From assembly GCF_009914755.1 (NCBI RefSeq), contig NC_060938.1: DNA of 64,000 nucleotides; one strand, given 5' to 3'. Positions 54,650 through 64,000 of the stretch are shown here, one piece after another (the stretch's first letter is position 1; every line of letters starts with the position of its first letter). This DNA is from the human T2T-CHM13v2.0 reference genome, Homo sapiens. The position numbers and the translations under genes were made by a program. The notes under the pieces were generated by a model. It searched no databases. It was not told where the DNA came from and was given only the letters and a program-made list of their open reading frames with translations.

Positions 54650-64000
<9,351 letters not shown>

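Overview
This window is about 1.45 tandem units of the human 45S ribosomal DNA array on the + strand, with a period of about 44.27 kb. In order: 3' part of 18S (1-1034), ITS1, 5.8S, ITS2, 28S (3438-8521), 3'ETS, a Sal-box terminator array with 2 R-repeats, and a complete ~31 kb intergenic spacer (IGS). The IGS holds more than 20 Alu pieces, two ~4.5 kb Long Repeats with L1 fragments and (CT)n blocks, a CDC27 retrocopy, the RGC p53 site, and the spacer-promoter/T0 region. Then come the Pol I promoter (TSS 39807), a complete second 47S unit (39807-~53170) and the first 11 kb of the next IGS. There are no true protein-coding genes: the ORF track reflects GC-rich rRNA, simple repeats and CDC27 pseudogene fragments. 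I found no unrelated new gene system. The most notable observations are: (1) the same TGTAA->TGTCA substitution in about 14 separate IGS Alu left arms; (2) the CDC27 retrocopy is semi-processed, with a GTAAGT donor, ~1.7 kb of apparent intron, poly(A) and a 16-bp TSD, and keeps a 144-aa N-terminal ORF; (3) a duplicated CTCF/RFX-like module about 10 kb apart in the IGS; (4) an apparent +7 A>G CpG-creating variant in the Pol I initiator; (5) the two units differ only in the first 600 bp of ITS1 and otherwise look identical over 18 kb. Comparisons to reference or consensus sequences are from memory and need alignment.
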